Shown here: piece after piece, positions 1 through 11,039 of the stretch | Position numbering within the stretch: position 1 is the stretch's first letter | Layout of the letters: each line of letters starts with the position of its first letter | Source: Tubiluchus corallicola | Taxonomy: Eukaryota > Animalia > Priapulida | Length of the DNA: 19,266 nt | Direction: 5' to 3' | NCBI GenBank assembly: GCA_030141605.1 | Contig: JAQGDQ010001959.1 | Coordinates: 1 to 19,266 of the forward strand | Translations under genes and position numbers: made by a program | Notes under the pieces: model-generated | Seen by the model: the letters and a program-made list of their open reading frames with translations, nothing else | Told to the model about the DNA's origin: nothing | Database searches by the model: none

Positions 1-358
1 TAATAGTTATAGTAACCGTAATAGTTACAGTATTAGTAGTTACCGTAGTAATAGTAACGGTAATAGTTACAGTGGTAATAGTTACTGTAGTAGTTGAGGT
101 AGCAAAATAGTTAATGCTGCAGTAACTGCCCTAGACACAGAAACTTTAGTAACAGTTTCTGCAGTAACTACTTTAGTATTAGCAAGTGTAATAGGTACCG
201 TAGTTATTAGTTACTGTAGCAACTATGGTAGTAATAGTTACTGTAGTAACAACTATTGTAGTAACTATGGCTGTAATAGTTACTGTAGTAACAGCTACTG
301 TAGTAACTATTTTGGTGTAACTATGTAGATTAACTATGTAGTAACTGTTGTTACTGTC
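1..358. repeat. Degenerate short-unit minisatellite (GTAATAGTTACT / GTAGTAACT variants)
   Basis: Recurrent words gtaatagttac, gtagtaac and gtaacta. It explains the Thr/Val-rich spurious ORF 179-439. Confidence 0.8.
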
Positions 359-461
359 GTACATGTACAAAGTGCATGTACAATGTACAATTTGTTGCCA
401 TGGGATTTTGCAGAATAAGATAGTTACAAAAATGTTCATATGAGCAACCCTTGCAGCTGAT

Positions 462-775
<314 letters not shown>

Positions 776-1624
776 GCTGCATGTCAACTTGAAATCCATT
801 GGCGGATTTACCCCTAGCTGATGGAAGCCAATCTAGTAGCATTTCACTCCAACTTAATCTGCAATGCAATCACTCAAATGAAGTCCAGAATCTTACGTCC
901 CTGTTTTATGAGTGCTTCACTTTAACCCTTTACCTGTTAGCTTCAGTACAGCACATGGCAGACAGACAGTGAATAGTCCAAGTAATTGGTTTATGAGGTT
1001 AGAGTTACTAAGGCTGCTTCTCTGTGGATTTCCTAACAATCTCAATTTACACACCAACCACCTCTTGAAATGGGTTAAATACGGTGTAATACGGGTAAGC
1101 TAAAAGTGGCAAAGTACTTTTTTACTATATGATACGCCTAAAATTCCGCCTGAAACAACATCATATAAGATAAGATATGATAAGATGAAATTTTTTTAAC
1201 GTCGCTTAGTTACGCAACTAACAACAGTAAGTGTTTATCGATAATATATAATTGCAAAATAAATTGATAAAATAGAAAAAGACATCTTTGAGTCTACTTC
1301 AGAAAAAATCTACTTTTAGTACAAATTGAAAAATAATGGAATTTTGATTGATTTTAAATAAGAAAAATGCTAAGATTGCTGATGGTAATACTATATAAAA
1401 TTACTAGTACAGAGAGAAATTACAATATTTACTTTTAACATAGATACATCAAAATTAACAATCCAGATATAAAACCTAAAAAAAATTAGTTGATTTAAAA
1501 TAGAAAAATTAATAAAATTAATAAAAATTATTTGAGTTTTTCTGTTTTTTGTTTACTTAACGACAGTCACAGTCTCATGGCAACGTCTGTTACTGCAACT
1601 AGTGAAATCTATTTATTTTAGACT

Positions 1625-2025
1625 TGGACCTAGAACAACACCCTGTGGTACACCATTCTTGTCACTCTGTAAGTTAGCAAAGCTCACTTTTAAAAAATCA
1701 GCAGCAAGGTTATTACATTGCACAATATTACTGGACCCATAATATTGCCCTGTGGTACACCATTCTTTTTTTTCACAGACTGGCTGATTTTCAGACTTGT
1801 CACTCTGTAAGTTAGCAAAGCTTACTTTTAAAAAATCAGTAGCAAGGTCATTTCATTGCACAATATTACTGGACCCAGAATATCACCCTGTGGCACATCA
1901 TTCTTTTTTGCAGACTGGCTGACTTTCAGACTTGTCACTCTGTAAGTTAGCAAAGGTCACTTTTAAAAAATCAGTAGCAAGGTCATTTCCTTTCACAATA
2001 TTACTGGACCCATAATATCACCCTG
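1625..2025 (-). repeat. Tandem array of ~3 units (107/138/135 bp) containing a LINE RT motif
   Basis: ccctg anchors at 1641, 1748, 1886 and 2021. Shared text cttgtcactctgtaagttagcaaag...cacaatattactggaccc. The minus strand reads NGVPQGVVLGPSL, NGVPQGNIMGPVI and NDVPQGDILGPVI. Confidence 0.85.
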
Positions 2026-2370
2026 CAGTACTGCGCATCCTCCTGCCGACCTCATTACTTCTCACGCTGCGGGTTAATTGATATTACGATATTACGTCCA
2101 GTTGCAAAATTATTCATTTTACTGAGTTCACACTATCACTCCGTTCACCAGTTTTGTTTGATATTTATCTGGTTGTTGTCTTTTGGTGATGAAATTTTAC
2201 AACTCTCGTCGTGTTTTCTATTATGCTGTTTTGTTTTTATTTATGATTATGTGAATTTACATTAGAATTGATAATTATGTTTATTATAATTGTACTGGCT
2301 GTTTTTCATTGTGTATAATGTGTGTAAATTTTTGTTACTAAGTATTAAAATATGTTCGTTATCATTTATT

Positions 2371-2479
2371 ATGTATGTATGTATGTATGTATGTATGTAT
2401 GTAGTGTTGGATTATAATTTGTAACTATGTCTATTGTTTATGATTGTTGTCGTTCAATGTGTCTCATGCGTTGGATTCT

Positions 2480-2514
<35 letters not shown>
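2371..2514. repeat. (TATG)n at ~2371-2402 and (AT)n at ~2484-2514
   Basis: Directly visible. Confidence 0.95.
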
Positions 2515-2516
<2 letters not shown>

Positions 2517-2621
2517 GTGTGTGAATAGATTTAATACGTTGTAAATACTTTTAGAAATTTTAAACATATCCCTACAAATAGAGGGAACATATTCTGTACA
2601 TAGTTTTTAAAAATAAAGAAA

Positions 2622-2793
<172 letters not shown>

Positions 2794-2859
2794 ATATAAT
2801 AAGCTGAAGGATTGCAGCTTGATTGTAAACCACAAGAAAAACCGCTACATACATAAAGC

Positions 2860-3128
2860 TTAAAGGAAGGAAGGATGATTTTTCATATACTACCCCATTT
2901 TCGAATCCGATAAAAAGTATACATTTTGACACAGTTAATACTACAACAGCGTTTCTGATAATTATATAATGGATTAAAAACTTAATTAACAACGGGCGGG
3001 CCCAGTTATTGATGACATCACAAACTAACATGATTTTCAACAGCAAAAGCATTCCACGAGCGTGTTGCACGCGTTTGTGAAAACGAAAATTGAAGTGCAG
3101 TGCTACTGTAAGATATTCAGTGCGTTGT
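2860..3128 (+). mobile_element. Non-autonomous DNA transposon end, TTAA|AGG terminus (Kolobok-like), copy 1
   Basis: Starts ttaaaggaag. Homologous to 8383-8805 (+) and ~11040-11304 (-), e.g. tattgatgacatcacaaactaacat. Homology starts at the TTAA in all three copies. The superfamily is inferred from the terminus only. Confidence 0.75.
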
Positions 3129-3189
3129 CTTGTTCTACTAGTTTGTTGTCTTGCCTAGGCATCTATTCCTCGTGCACACTGTGTGGGAA

Positions 3190-3306
3190 GTTTACAAGGG
3201 TTAATATCTTAAGAGCATAATCAATATCTCTCTATCTGTCTTTCTCTTTTTTCTCTCTCTCTCTCCCTCCCTCTCTCTCTCCCTTTCTCTCTCTATCTCT
3301 CTTTCT

Positions 3307-3345
<39 letters not shown>

Positions 3346-3358
3346 CCTCTCTCTCTCC

Positions 3359-3410
<52 letters not shown>

Positions 3411-3473
3411 CTCCCCCCTTTCTCTCTCTTTTCCTTGTTTACAAGGGTTAATATCTTAAGAGCATAATCAATA
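3190..3473. repeat. (CT)n tract flanked by a perfect 37-bp direct repeat
   Basis: gtttacaagggttaatatcttaagagcataatcaata at 3190-3226 and 3437-3473. Confidence 0.93.
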
Positions 3474-3791
3474 GCAATAGCACGAAAATCAAAACGCGAT
3501 TCGGCTATCGCTTTTCCAAGTATCGACAAGGAGCACCATCCAATTTCGTCAATTGCTTCCTCAAATAATCGTGCAGGGAAGCCATTCGCTGGTCGAAATG
3601 AACCTGTGTTCGCTTGACGAATGGGTTAATTAGGAGGCGATTTGTTTGTTTTTCTCGGAACGCTTAATACGTGATGGGTAGAAATTTGAAAACTGTTTTG
3701 GGATGATGGTACAAACTGACAAAGATGCTCAATTGTTTTCTTACTACTACACACTACTACACAATACCATTGTATTGAGCAGCTTAGGCTG

Positions 3792-3910
3792 TAAGTGACA
3801 CATACGATCCCGCAGAACTTGTTCAATTTTACGAGCGTCGTACGGCGCGGCCCAGGACACGGTCAAGATTGTTACTTCTGCAGGTGTCCTGGGCACATGC
3901 CAGATAAGGA
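3792..3910 (-). repeat. Dispersed inverted monomer of the ~160-bp repeat arrayed at 8862-9358
   Basis: aattttacgagcgtcgtacggcg...ggacacggtcaagattgtt...tgcaggtgtcc is the near reverse complement of the array unit. Confidence 0.88.
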
Positions 3911-3911
3911 A

Positions 3912-3994
<83 letters not shown>

Positions 3995-4116
3995 CTCCCT
4001 TTCCCTCTCTTTTCCTCTCTCCCACTCTCTCTCTCCCGCTCCTCTTTGTCTCCCTGTTTCTCGAATTCATCTTTCCATCATCTCTCTCCTCTCTCACATA
4101 TTCACTCACTCACTCA

Positions 4117-4189
<73 letters not shown>

Positions 4190-4292
4190 TCCTCTTTGTC
4201 TCTCTGCTCCTCACCCTCATCTTTCCCTCTTTGTCTTTCAGTCAACTCTCTCCTCTCTCACATATTCACTCACTAACTCACTAACTAATTCA
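3912..4292. repeat. (CT)n / (TCAC)n compound tract with internal duplication
   Basis: The blocks ctcctctttgtctc...tcatctttcc and ctcctctctcacatattcactcact each occur twice, ~150-165 bp apart. Confidence 0.9.
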
Positions 4293-4559
4293 CAAACTTA
4301 CTGTCTCTCATTTTAGTCATTCACCCCTGTCCTATGAAACTTATTGTCAAAAGCGCCTATTTACAATGAGTATTGTCGTCACTGTTGTCACTGTCGTCAC
4401 TATCGTTTCTCACTCCTGAATAAAAGGAGTGAGATTCTTGTAGTTTTACTGACGATTTCTTGTAATTAGAAATAGCCGTTGTGTTGCACACAGAAACAAA
4501 ACTACTTATGAAAAAACCAATATTGACGTGAATGTGGCAAATAAACTGTGACCTTTTCT

Positions 4560-4708
4560 CTAAAGTATACTAAAGACTAAGTATAGTCTATTCTTACTGT
4601 AAATGTTCTTGTAAATAGTGTATAAAGTGTGTTATGGTGAAGATCCTAAATCATGTTGTACAAACTGTCTGATCCAATCCTAAATAAATATGTTTAAACT
4701 AAACTAAA
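4560..4708 (+). mobile_element. 5'-truncated LINE 3' UTR (same family as 4895-5672)
   Basis: Near-exact reverse complement of 4893-5042. Ends aataaatatgtttaaactaaactaa. Confidence 0.88.
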
Positions 4709-4894
4709 TAAAAGTGTGACCAAGTTTCATTGTTACCAGTAACAAAAAAATTTCATTTTCCATTTTCTGTGTTGTTGTTCGGCAAGTGGTGATTTCTTGC
4801 CACACAGCTCTTACAACTTTTTCATCTACAAATTATATTGCCATTACTTAGCAAACCGAGCCACTGACAAGAATGAGGCTAAATACCAAGTGTT

Positions 4895-5672
4895 AGTTTA
4901 GTTTAAACATAATTTATTATAGGATTGGATTAGACAGTTTGTACAACATGATTTAGGATCTTCACCACAACAGACTTTATACACTATTTACAAGAACATT
5001 TACAGTAAGAATAGACTATACTTAGTTTTTGGTATACTTTAGTATACTAAAGTATTACTACAGTGATACATTAGACATTAGTAGAAAATGACGGTTAGTA
5101 AGTGTTAATGTACGATTATTTAAGACTGATGCATTTCATATCAGATAGAAACTACTGGAAGCGTTTAGTACGTAATATAAAGTCATGTATGCATTGGAAT
5201 ATTTTACAGTTAGCAACATAGTTAAATTCATCTTCTCCGAATAATAACAACTTCAACAGATCATTAGTTCCTAAGACAGCTATATTAAGGTTTTCGGGCA
5301 GAAGTATTTGATTTAATTTATCAAACATAACAACCCTAGCTAGTTGATGCAATGGGCAGTGCAACAAAAAGTGTTCAACAGACTCAAATCGAAATCCACA
5401 GTAACAATTCGGCAATATTGGATGATCGTTATTATCTTTACAGCCTTTAGAGAAAAGGTCAAAGTTTAGCTGAGAAAATCCGATGTTAGTTATGTACACT
5501 AAAAACAAAATCGGCCCAAGAAATGAACCCTGCAGCACACCCGAGGTCACAAATCAATAATGCCCCTTTTAAAGCATTTTAGAGGTGCCGTCATGTCTTG
5601 TTTTCTAAAAAAAGAGCTAGTTGATGCAATGGGCAGTGCAACAAAAAGTGTTCAACAGACTGTGTTCAAATA
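4895..5672 (-). mobile_element. Rearranged CR1/L2-group LINE fragment: RT motif, ORF2 C-terminus, 3' UTR and (TAAAC)n tail
   Basis: ORF 5152-5550 contains TSGVLQGSFLGPILFLVYI (RT motif) and CYCG...ESVEHFLLHCP...LLLFG...N..IF..I..FILRTKRF (C-terminal CCHC-type region). Flanked by a 34-bp direct repeat at 4861-4894 and 5673-5706. Confidence 0.9.
5152..5550 (-). pseudogene. Internally deleted LINE ORF2 remnant
   Basis: No ATG (the first codon is GTG). The RT motif is joined directly to the C-terminal region and the YADD-type catalytic segment is missing. Confidence 0.8.
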
Positions 5673-5845
5673 CCACTGACAAAAATTAGTCTAAATACCA
5701 AGTGTTGTGAAATCTTGTCTTCCTGGCGCACTGTTTGTTGTTTTTTCAAATAAGCGAATTCTGTCAAAACACTTAAACAACTGCTGTTTTTCAAGCACTT
5801 TGTTTGTTTTCCGTTGGGTGAGGTGATTAAAGTGGAAAGTACTAC

Positions 5846-5996
5846 TGCGCATGCGCGCGTGAAGTGGCTTCAGACGCAGATACTTGTAATTGAGCCTGTA
5901 TCAGCACCGTAATTTGTTAGGTGCTTAAGCAAATGTTTTGGCGTTTGTTTTACATTAACGCGACGGTGTTAAGGCTTTAATCTCGCCATCTAGCGG
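5846..5996. promoter_or_regulatory. Candidate NRF1-like (5846-5856) and CTCF-like (5984-5996) sites
   Basis: TGCGCATGCGC and CGCCATCTAGCGG in a CpG-richer patch. Motif match only. Confidence 0.4.
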
Positions 5997-6211
5997 TCTT
6001 TTTAAAGCCAAAAACGAAGCCATTTATTCTGGGAATGTTGTGGTTTCAATCACTGGCACTCTTGCCGCAGAAATTCGAACACCACTGGTAATGATTTTGA
6101 AATGGTCGGATTTTTCGACTGATTAAGGCAACTGATCGTTGTTAGCTTTATGAAAAAGTGTGTAAATTATCGGTGAGGTATAATCAGACTCTGTGAGTGA
6201 GCGAGTGAGTG

Positions 6212-6255
6212 AGTGAGTGAGTGAGTGAGTGAGTGAGAGAGTAGGACAGAGTGAC

Positions 6256-6296
<41 letters not shown>

Positions 6297-6439
6297 GAGA
6301 GAGAGGTGGGGGAGAGACATAGGAAAGGATGGGAGAGAGAAAGAGAGAGAGAGGGAAAAGAGAGACAAAGAGAAAGAGAGAAAAAGAGGGAGATAGAGGT
6401 AGAGATAGAGATAGAGAAAGAAGGACAGAGAGAGAGAGA

Positions 6440-6508
<69 letters not shown>
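6212..6508. repeat. (GAGT)n-(GA)n compound microsatellite
   Basis: Directly visible. Confidence 0.96.
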
Positions 6509-6513
<5 letters not shown>

Positions 6514-6595
6514 AAGCACATAATACTTGAAGGAGCATGTGTGTGTAGCAAGTTAATAACTACCTACAAAACGATTATTGAATTGAACGTGCATC

Positions 6596-6698
6596 ATTCG
6601 TCAAGGTTCAGTATTAGGCCCACTGCTATTACTATTACATATAAATCGGGTTTTGGTAAATAAACAGCAAAATATCAAATGAATTAAAAAAGGCAACT
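6596..6698 (+). mobile_element. LINE RT remnant
   Basis: Reads IRQGSVLGPLLLLLHIN. Aligns over ~100 bp with the reverse complement of ~13397-13494. Confidence 0.78.
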
Positions 6699-7736
6699 TA
6701 ACGTTTCCAAGTTACTTGTCACTTCATGTAATGCACATTTTGATCGTAAACCACAGATCCAAACTCATATCCTTTCTGTCCAGAATTCAAACTCAGCTTG
6801 GCACAATACAAAGGCCCTTGACAATGAATAAGGACTCTTGACTGCTTTACGAGCCCAGAGATATAATCATAAATCATGAATACGAAGATGAATAACTGCA
6901 CTGCACAGACACGAGTATTAGAAGATGATGAATGCAGACCATAGATAATAAAAACTACTTTTCTTTTTCTTTGTCGCTTGATGAATATAATCTATTATTT
7001 CTTCTTTTTCTGCGGCCATAGAGAAACGCGTCTCTATATGGACTAATTCCATCCGAGAAGTAATTTGTTTTGCATTGACCAAATGTTATCAATTTATGGG
7101 AATTGTGGGATATAGCCGGGATTAAGATAAGACGTCCTGGATGAACCAAAATGAAATGAAAATGTGGGATTTGGGATACGACGATAGACCAGGCGCAGAA
7201 CTTTTCGCTGAATTTTTCTATCGATGTTCAGAATTGCCGCTTAGTACCTTATATTGATGCATGTTTTGAGGCACTTCGTCACAAGCTAACACATGTGAAC
7301 TGAGAGGTACAGCACCTGTTTTCGTGCAACGCATTTCCGAAATGAATGCGCTAGTGCCCGTCTAACTAGCAAATGGCAAAGTGTGCACAACAGCAAAGAA
7401 CTAGTGGCATTGTGAACGCGAAATTGCGTTTGTGTAGCAATAATTCTTTCACGTGAGTCATTTTTTAAAAAATTGTATGTTTCCTTTCAATATTTTAAAG
7501 AGTAGATTGTTTTGACCTTTGACCTACAGTCTAAGATTGGATCCGGTTTGCTTTAATAGTTTTTGCCAGTTTTTCTCGAAGACAGACGAAAATTTATGCA
7601 ACTGAAGCGGCACAATGGCTAAGTGACCCTCCGTCCAACATCCATCTTCCTGCCCTTCTGAGAAGAAGCCACCTTGTTGTAATAATAGGCTGCCCTTAAT
7701 TAACTATAATACTGCCCTTAATATATATATATTAAT

Positions 7737-8003
7737 TATTATATTATATTATATTATATTATATTATATTATATTATGTTATGTTATGTTATGTTATGTT
7801 ATGTTATGTTATGTTATATTATATTATATTATATTATATTATATTATATTATATTATATTATATTATATTATATTATATTATATTATATTATATTATATT
7901 ATATTATATTATATTATATTATATTATATTATATTATATTATATTATATTATATTATATTATATTATATTATATTATATTATATTATATATATCATATTA
8001 TTA
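7737..8003. repeat. (ATATT)n / (ATGTT)n pentanucleotide microsatellite
   Basis: Directly visible. Confidence 0.98.
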
Positions 8004-8382
8004 TATATACTTGCCGTACCTTATTTAATATATATTTCAATTACATATACATTTTATATTTAATTATAATTAATTGGTCTTTATTTAATTATATTTGGTT
8101 GTATTTTATTTATATTTAATTTATTCATTTAATATACAGTTATCAAATTTTATTGATTCGTTTCTCTTCTCATCAAGATTCTTGTTAAAAGCTTTGAAAC
8201 TCATTATAGAACGTGTCAGAATAAATGCGCGCATCGAGTAACTACGCCTGGCACACAATTACCACAGACGCTGCAACTATTAGTTTCACATTAACAAGAA
8301 TGTAATTGAAAAGCTGATAAGAAATGACATGCACTTTGTAAATTCGCTTTCCCATTGTGTTGAACAATGCTAGACAGTTTAA

Positions 8383-8805
8383 TTAAAGGAAAACGGCATG
8401 ATTTTTCATCATACTACCCCAATTTCAAGTCAAATAAGTAAATTTAACGCAGTTGATACTGGAAGAGCGTTTCTGATAATTAGTTAATAGATTAAAAACT
8501 TATTTAAAACGGCAGGCGAGCCCAAGTATTGATGACATCACAAACTAACATAATTTTCAACAGCAAAAATATTCCACGAGCGTGTTGTGTCCAACAAAAA
8601 GTATCCGTTTTAACACAGTTGATACTGGAAGAGCGTTTCTGATAATTAGTTAATAGATTAATAACTTATTTAACGGCGGGCGAGCCCAAGTATTGATGAC
8701 ATCACAAACTAACATAATTTTCAACAGCAAAAATATTCCACGAGCGTGTTGCACGTGTTTGTGAAAGCGAAAATTGAAATTCAGTGATACTGTAAGATAT
8801 TCAAG
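8383..8805 (+). mobile_element. TTAA|AGG family end, copy 2, with internal tandem duplication
   Basis: Starts ttaaaggaaa. 8443-8587 is repeated at 8609-8751. Homologous to copies 1 and 3. Confidence 0.78.
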
Positions 8806-8861
8806 TGAAAGATGATGACCTGGAACTAGTGTCAAGCAAACGATGTAATCTACTCTTTGTT

Positions 8862-9358
8862 TGGCGTGTGCCCAGGACACCTGCAAAAGTAACAATCTTG
8901 AAAAAATCCACGCCGTACGACTCTCGTAAAAATTCAAGAACTTCTCCGACATCTTACTTGTCACTTATATCTTCAGAAATTCCTTGCTGTATTTGTAAAT
9001 TTGACTTCTCCTTGTCTGGCGTGTGTCCCGGACACCTGCAAAAGCAACAATCTTGACCGCGTCCTGAGCCACGCCGTACGACGCTCGTAAAAATTCAAGA
9101 ACTTCTCCGAGATCTTACTTGTCACTTATATCCTCAGGAATTCCTTGCTGTATTTGTAAATTTGGACTTCTCCTTGTCTTGGCGCACCGTGTGTCCCGGA
9201 CACCTGCAAAAGCAACAATCTTGACCGTGTCCTGAGCCACGCCGTACGACGCTCGTAAAAAATTCAAGAACTTCTCCGAGATCTTACTTGTCACTTAAAT
9301 CCTCAGGAATTCGTTGCTGTATTTGTAAATTTGGACTTCTCCTTGTCTTGGCGCACCG
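8862..9358 (+). repeat. Tandem array, 3 x ~155-170 bp
   Basis: Units start near 8862, 9017 and 9180: ggacacctgcaaaag...cacgccgtacgac...aattcaagaacttctccga...gctgtatttgtaaattt. Confidence 0.93.
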
Positions 9359-9747
9359 TCGTGTTTCATCGGATGAAATAAGAACAGCTGGAAGTGACAG
9401 GAGAATTTTTTCCTTCCTGTTTGAGAGAAGCAAAAACAAAAAGAGCAGCAGTCGGTTTCACAAGTGATTAGATCTCCATGCAGATAGACGGTGAACTCGT
9501 GAAAACACGCAGAGGATAAGATTTTATTCAATGGCTATTTCTTTCATGTATTATACCGGTTGGCGCAGAAAAAATGTGCCGAAGCTTAGGCTGCAATAAC
9601 GATGAAATCTGAATAGTTGAAATTGCACAGCGTGATAGAACCTTTGGTTCGTTTTGGGTTTTAAAAGTTGCACATTTGTAGTTTTATTTCCGAAAATTAT
9701 TAGTTATGCCCAAAGACTTTTGCATGTTAAATATTTAACTGCAAACT

Positions 9748-10325
9748 TAACCTAGCCTAACCTAACCTACCCTTGCTTTGCCTAACTTGACCTTATCGTA
9801 ACCTAACATAACCAAATCAAGCTTAATCTAAGCTAACATAACCTAACCTCACCTAACCTGAGCTAACAAAACAAAACAATTCAAAACCTAACCAAACCGA
9901 ACCTAACATAACCTAACCTGTCTTAACCTAACCTGACCTAACCTAACCTGTCTTAACCTAACCTAACCTAACCAGTCTTAACCTAACCTAACCTAACCTA
10001 ACCTGTCTTAACCTAACCTAACCTAACCTATCTTAACCTAACCTAACCTACCCTAACCCAACCTAACCTAATATTACCTAACCTAACCTAACATAACTTA
10101 TCTTAACCTAACCTAACCTAACCTGTCTTAACCTAACCTAACCTAACCTATCTTAACCTAACCTAACCTACCCTAATCCAACCTAACCTAACCTAACCTA
10201 GCTTATCTTAACCTAACCTAACCTAACCTAACCTAACCTAAGCTAACCTTACCAAACCTATCCTAACCTAACCTAACCTAACCTAACTAACCTAAATTAA
10301 CCTTACCTATCTAATCTACCCTAAT
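9748..10325. repeat. Degenerate interstitial (CCTAA)n = (TTAGG)n tract
   Basis: aacct units interrupted periodically by gtctt/atctt, decaying at both edges. Confidence 0.93.
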
Positions 10326-10619
10326 TAATTCTATTCTGTATGTCTATGTGTATATGTGTTGGCCTTACATGGTGTAGGGCTACACGTGTGATTTTACTTG
10401 TAAAATTAAGATAGACTGTTTGTTCAACCATTAAGGGTGGAACCATCCCTAGGAGCTTCAAGTAACACCCCATGTACTCACATATTCAATCTGTTTTGTG
10501 CAGAAATACACTGTTATACTTGCATAAGTTGCACCACGTGTATTGGATTGCATAATGACGAACCAGGCAACAACAATGTACCATTATATGAAATCAATGC
10601 TTATATTCTTGACGGAATT

Positions 10620-10919
10620 ACAGTGGATAAAACTGCTTTAGTCGGGGGCGGATCTACGTCTGTGAGGGTGCTAAGAAAAACAGTGGATAAAACTGCTTTA
10701 GTCAGGGGGTGGATCTACGTGGGTGAGGGTGCTAAGAAAACAGTGGATAAAACTGCTTTAGTCAGGGGCGCATCTACATGGGTGAGGGTGCTAAGAAAAA
10801 CTGGATAAAACTGCTTTAGTCAGGGGGCGGATCTACGTGGGTGAGGGTGCTAAGAAAACAGTGGATAAAACTGCTTTAGTCAGGGGCGGATCTACGTGGG
10901 TGAGGGTGGTAAGAAAAAC
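10620..10919 (+). repeat. Tandem array, 5 x ~60 bp
   Basis: Unit cagtggataaaactgctttagtcaggggcggatctacgtgggtgagggtgctaagaaaaa, with no unique spacers. Confidence 0.95.
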
Positions 10920-11039
10920 TTCTTTGATCGGCGGTGGCTCTCAATTAAGATGTGTTAGTTTGTGACGAATTACACACGTTCGACAGCTCATGCGTGAATA
11001 CAACGGTAAAATTGAAATTTGAATTTTTATCTTAAAACT

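Noticed and set aside
921-2077. piggyBac-like TTAACCC...GGGTTAA pair
   Set aside because: Complementarity does not extend beyond 7 bp.
6712-6724. ttacttgtcactt shared with the ~160-bp array
   Set aside because: An isolated 13-bp match with no flanking homology.
6719-6935. Possible exon or RT 'KAFD'-like motif (TKALD)
   Set aside because: Short frames with stops, no convincing splice pair, and a motif match that is too weak.
10620-10919. CRISPR-like array, and ORF 10437-10808
   Set aside because: The units are repeated over their full length with no unique spacers, and there are no cas genes. The ORF reads into the repeat and shifts frame.
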